From an archaeon (GTDB lineage Archaea > Asgardarchaeota > Thorarchaeia > Thorarchaeales > Thorarchaeaceae): 28,813 bases of DNA. Made by a program: the position numbers and the translations under genes. This document shows, piece by piece, positions 27,928 to 28,813 of the stretch. The notes under the pieces were generated by a model, which saw only the letters and a program-made list of their open reading frames with translations, was not told where the DNA came from and made no database searches. Positions within the stretch are counted from its first letter, which is position 1; every line of letters starts with the position of its first letter. The DNA lies in contig JAJRZD010000045.1 in the NCBI GenBank assembly GCA_024275415.1, positions 1 to 28,813 of the forward strand, written 5' to 3'.

Positions 27928-28126
27928 AAAGGTTCTCTCAATACTATGAGAAATTGTAGCAGCATTGCAAGATGCTGTGGTATGATATAGAGCGTATTTG
28001 TGATTTTGTACAAACTGTGTTTCGTGTACAAATACCTAGTGAAACTTAATTCACCAAGACCAAGGACTCGGTCATGGCCGCGTTACTTCACATATTCGCT
28101 TCGTTACGCGGCTTCAGTGTCATGGC

Positions 28127-28813
28127 TCACATCTTGAGCATCTTCTTTTCCTGAGTCAGCTCCTCAGCTTCTTTCATGGCCTCATCGTAGATGTCAATCG
28201 GATAGCGATTATGTAATGGTGAGATCCGAGCACCAAGAAAGATGGCATTATAGAATTGACGCGCAAGCCACCCTATTCCCTTCATTCTGACCATCGTGAC
28301 TGCTCGACTGAACTCCTTGAGGGTGCGTTCGTCCCATGTCCCAGTCAGTCCGCTGATAAACGAGTAGAGGTAGAGCGATGGGATGATAGCTATGAAGAAC
28401 AGCAACGCTGACGAGAGGATGTCATCCGGACCGCCCCATAGCATCTGGGCGATGACCTCCAATACAGCATAGTTGGCGATAGCAGCGATGCTAGGACCGA
28501 TATAGCTTTGCCAGACATACAGCTTTGGTCGTGAAATCGTACGACGTATCAGAACCCATGCGGTAAGATCTTTCAGGAACAGAGCAATGGAGTAACCCAT
28601 GATGATGCCAGGCATCCCGCCCAGATAGATTCCGAACCAGACGGGCTCAAATATCACGAAAAGCGTCATGAAAATCGCCCGAGATGCCTGTTCAAGTATC
28701 CATACAGCGGCAGCAAGTCCAGTTCGTTCAGCACCCGCGAACATCCAATCACCAAGCCAGCTAAAGAAGCCCAGCAGCTGGAACAGTAGGAAGAACTGGA
28801 GGAGTTCAGCAGC
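28127..28813 (-). CDS. C-terminal part of a multi-pass membrane protein, probably MATE/oligosaccharide-flippase superfamily (5' end outside window)
   Basis: The frame is open to the window edge; repeated TM helices and a soluble C-terminal tail. The family call comes from overall pattern only. Confidence 0.6.
   Translation of the reverse strand, partial: AAELLQFFLLFQLLGFFSWLGDWMFAGAERTGLAAAVWILEQASRAIFMTLFVIFEPVWFGIYLGGMPGIIMGYSIALFLKDLTAWVLIRRTISRPKLYVWQSYIGPSIAAIANYAVLEVIAQMLWGGPDDILSSALLFFIAIIPSLYLYSFISGLTGTWDERTLKEFSRAVTMVRMKGIGWLARQFYNAIFLGARISPLHNRYPIDIYDEAMKEAEELTQEKKMLKM

Overview
Archaeal chromosomal window, most likely Asgard (Thorarchaeota-like). That assignment is an inference from rps17e, an ATP-dependent DNA ligase, a family-5 solute-binding protein with an Ig-like stalk and a CxC/HxDH..YVD domain protein. 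The first ~6.2 kb looks like an accessory island: the 3' end of a C5 DNA methyltransferase, a decayed fused MNT-HEPN toxin-antitoxin gene, a three-gene wHTH / antitoxin-like / GNAT operon and an M3A oligopeptidase. These modules are punctuated by a dispersed repeat family (a 23-bp motif in 4 copies and a 49-bp hairpin in 2 copies with a compensatory base pair). The rest is mostly housekeeping or metabolic: PLP aminotransferase, DUF6935-like protein, alpha/beta hydrolase, metG, a circularly permuted ABC solute-binding protein, APC permease, folE2/mptA-type GTP cyclohydrolase, a multi-PAS two-component cassette, queD, lig, rps17e and a partial flippase-like gene. Five of roughly 24 genes are interrupted by one in-frame TAA or TAG with the frame otherwise continuing, all at positions one substitution from Glu/Gln/Lys codons. 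This points to G:C>T:A damage or sequencing artefact, to genuine decay, or (least likely) to readthrough. No tRNA, rRNA, CRISPR array, integrase or transposase was recognised.
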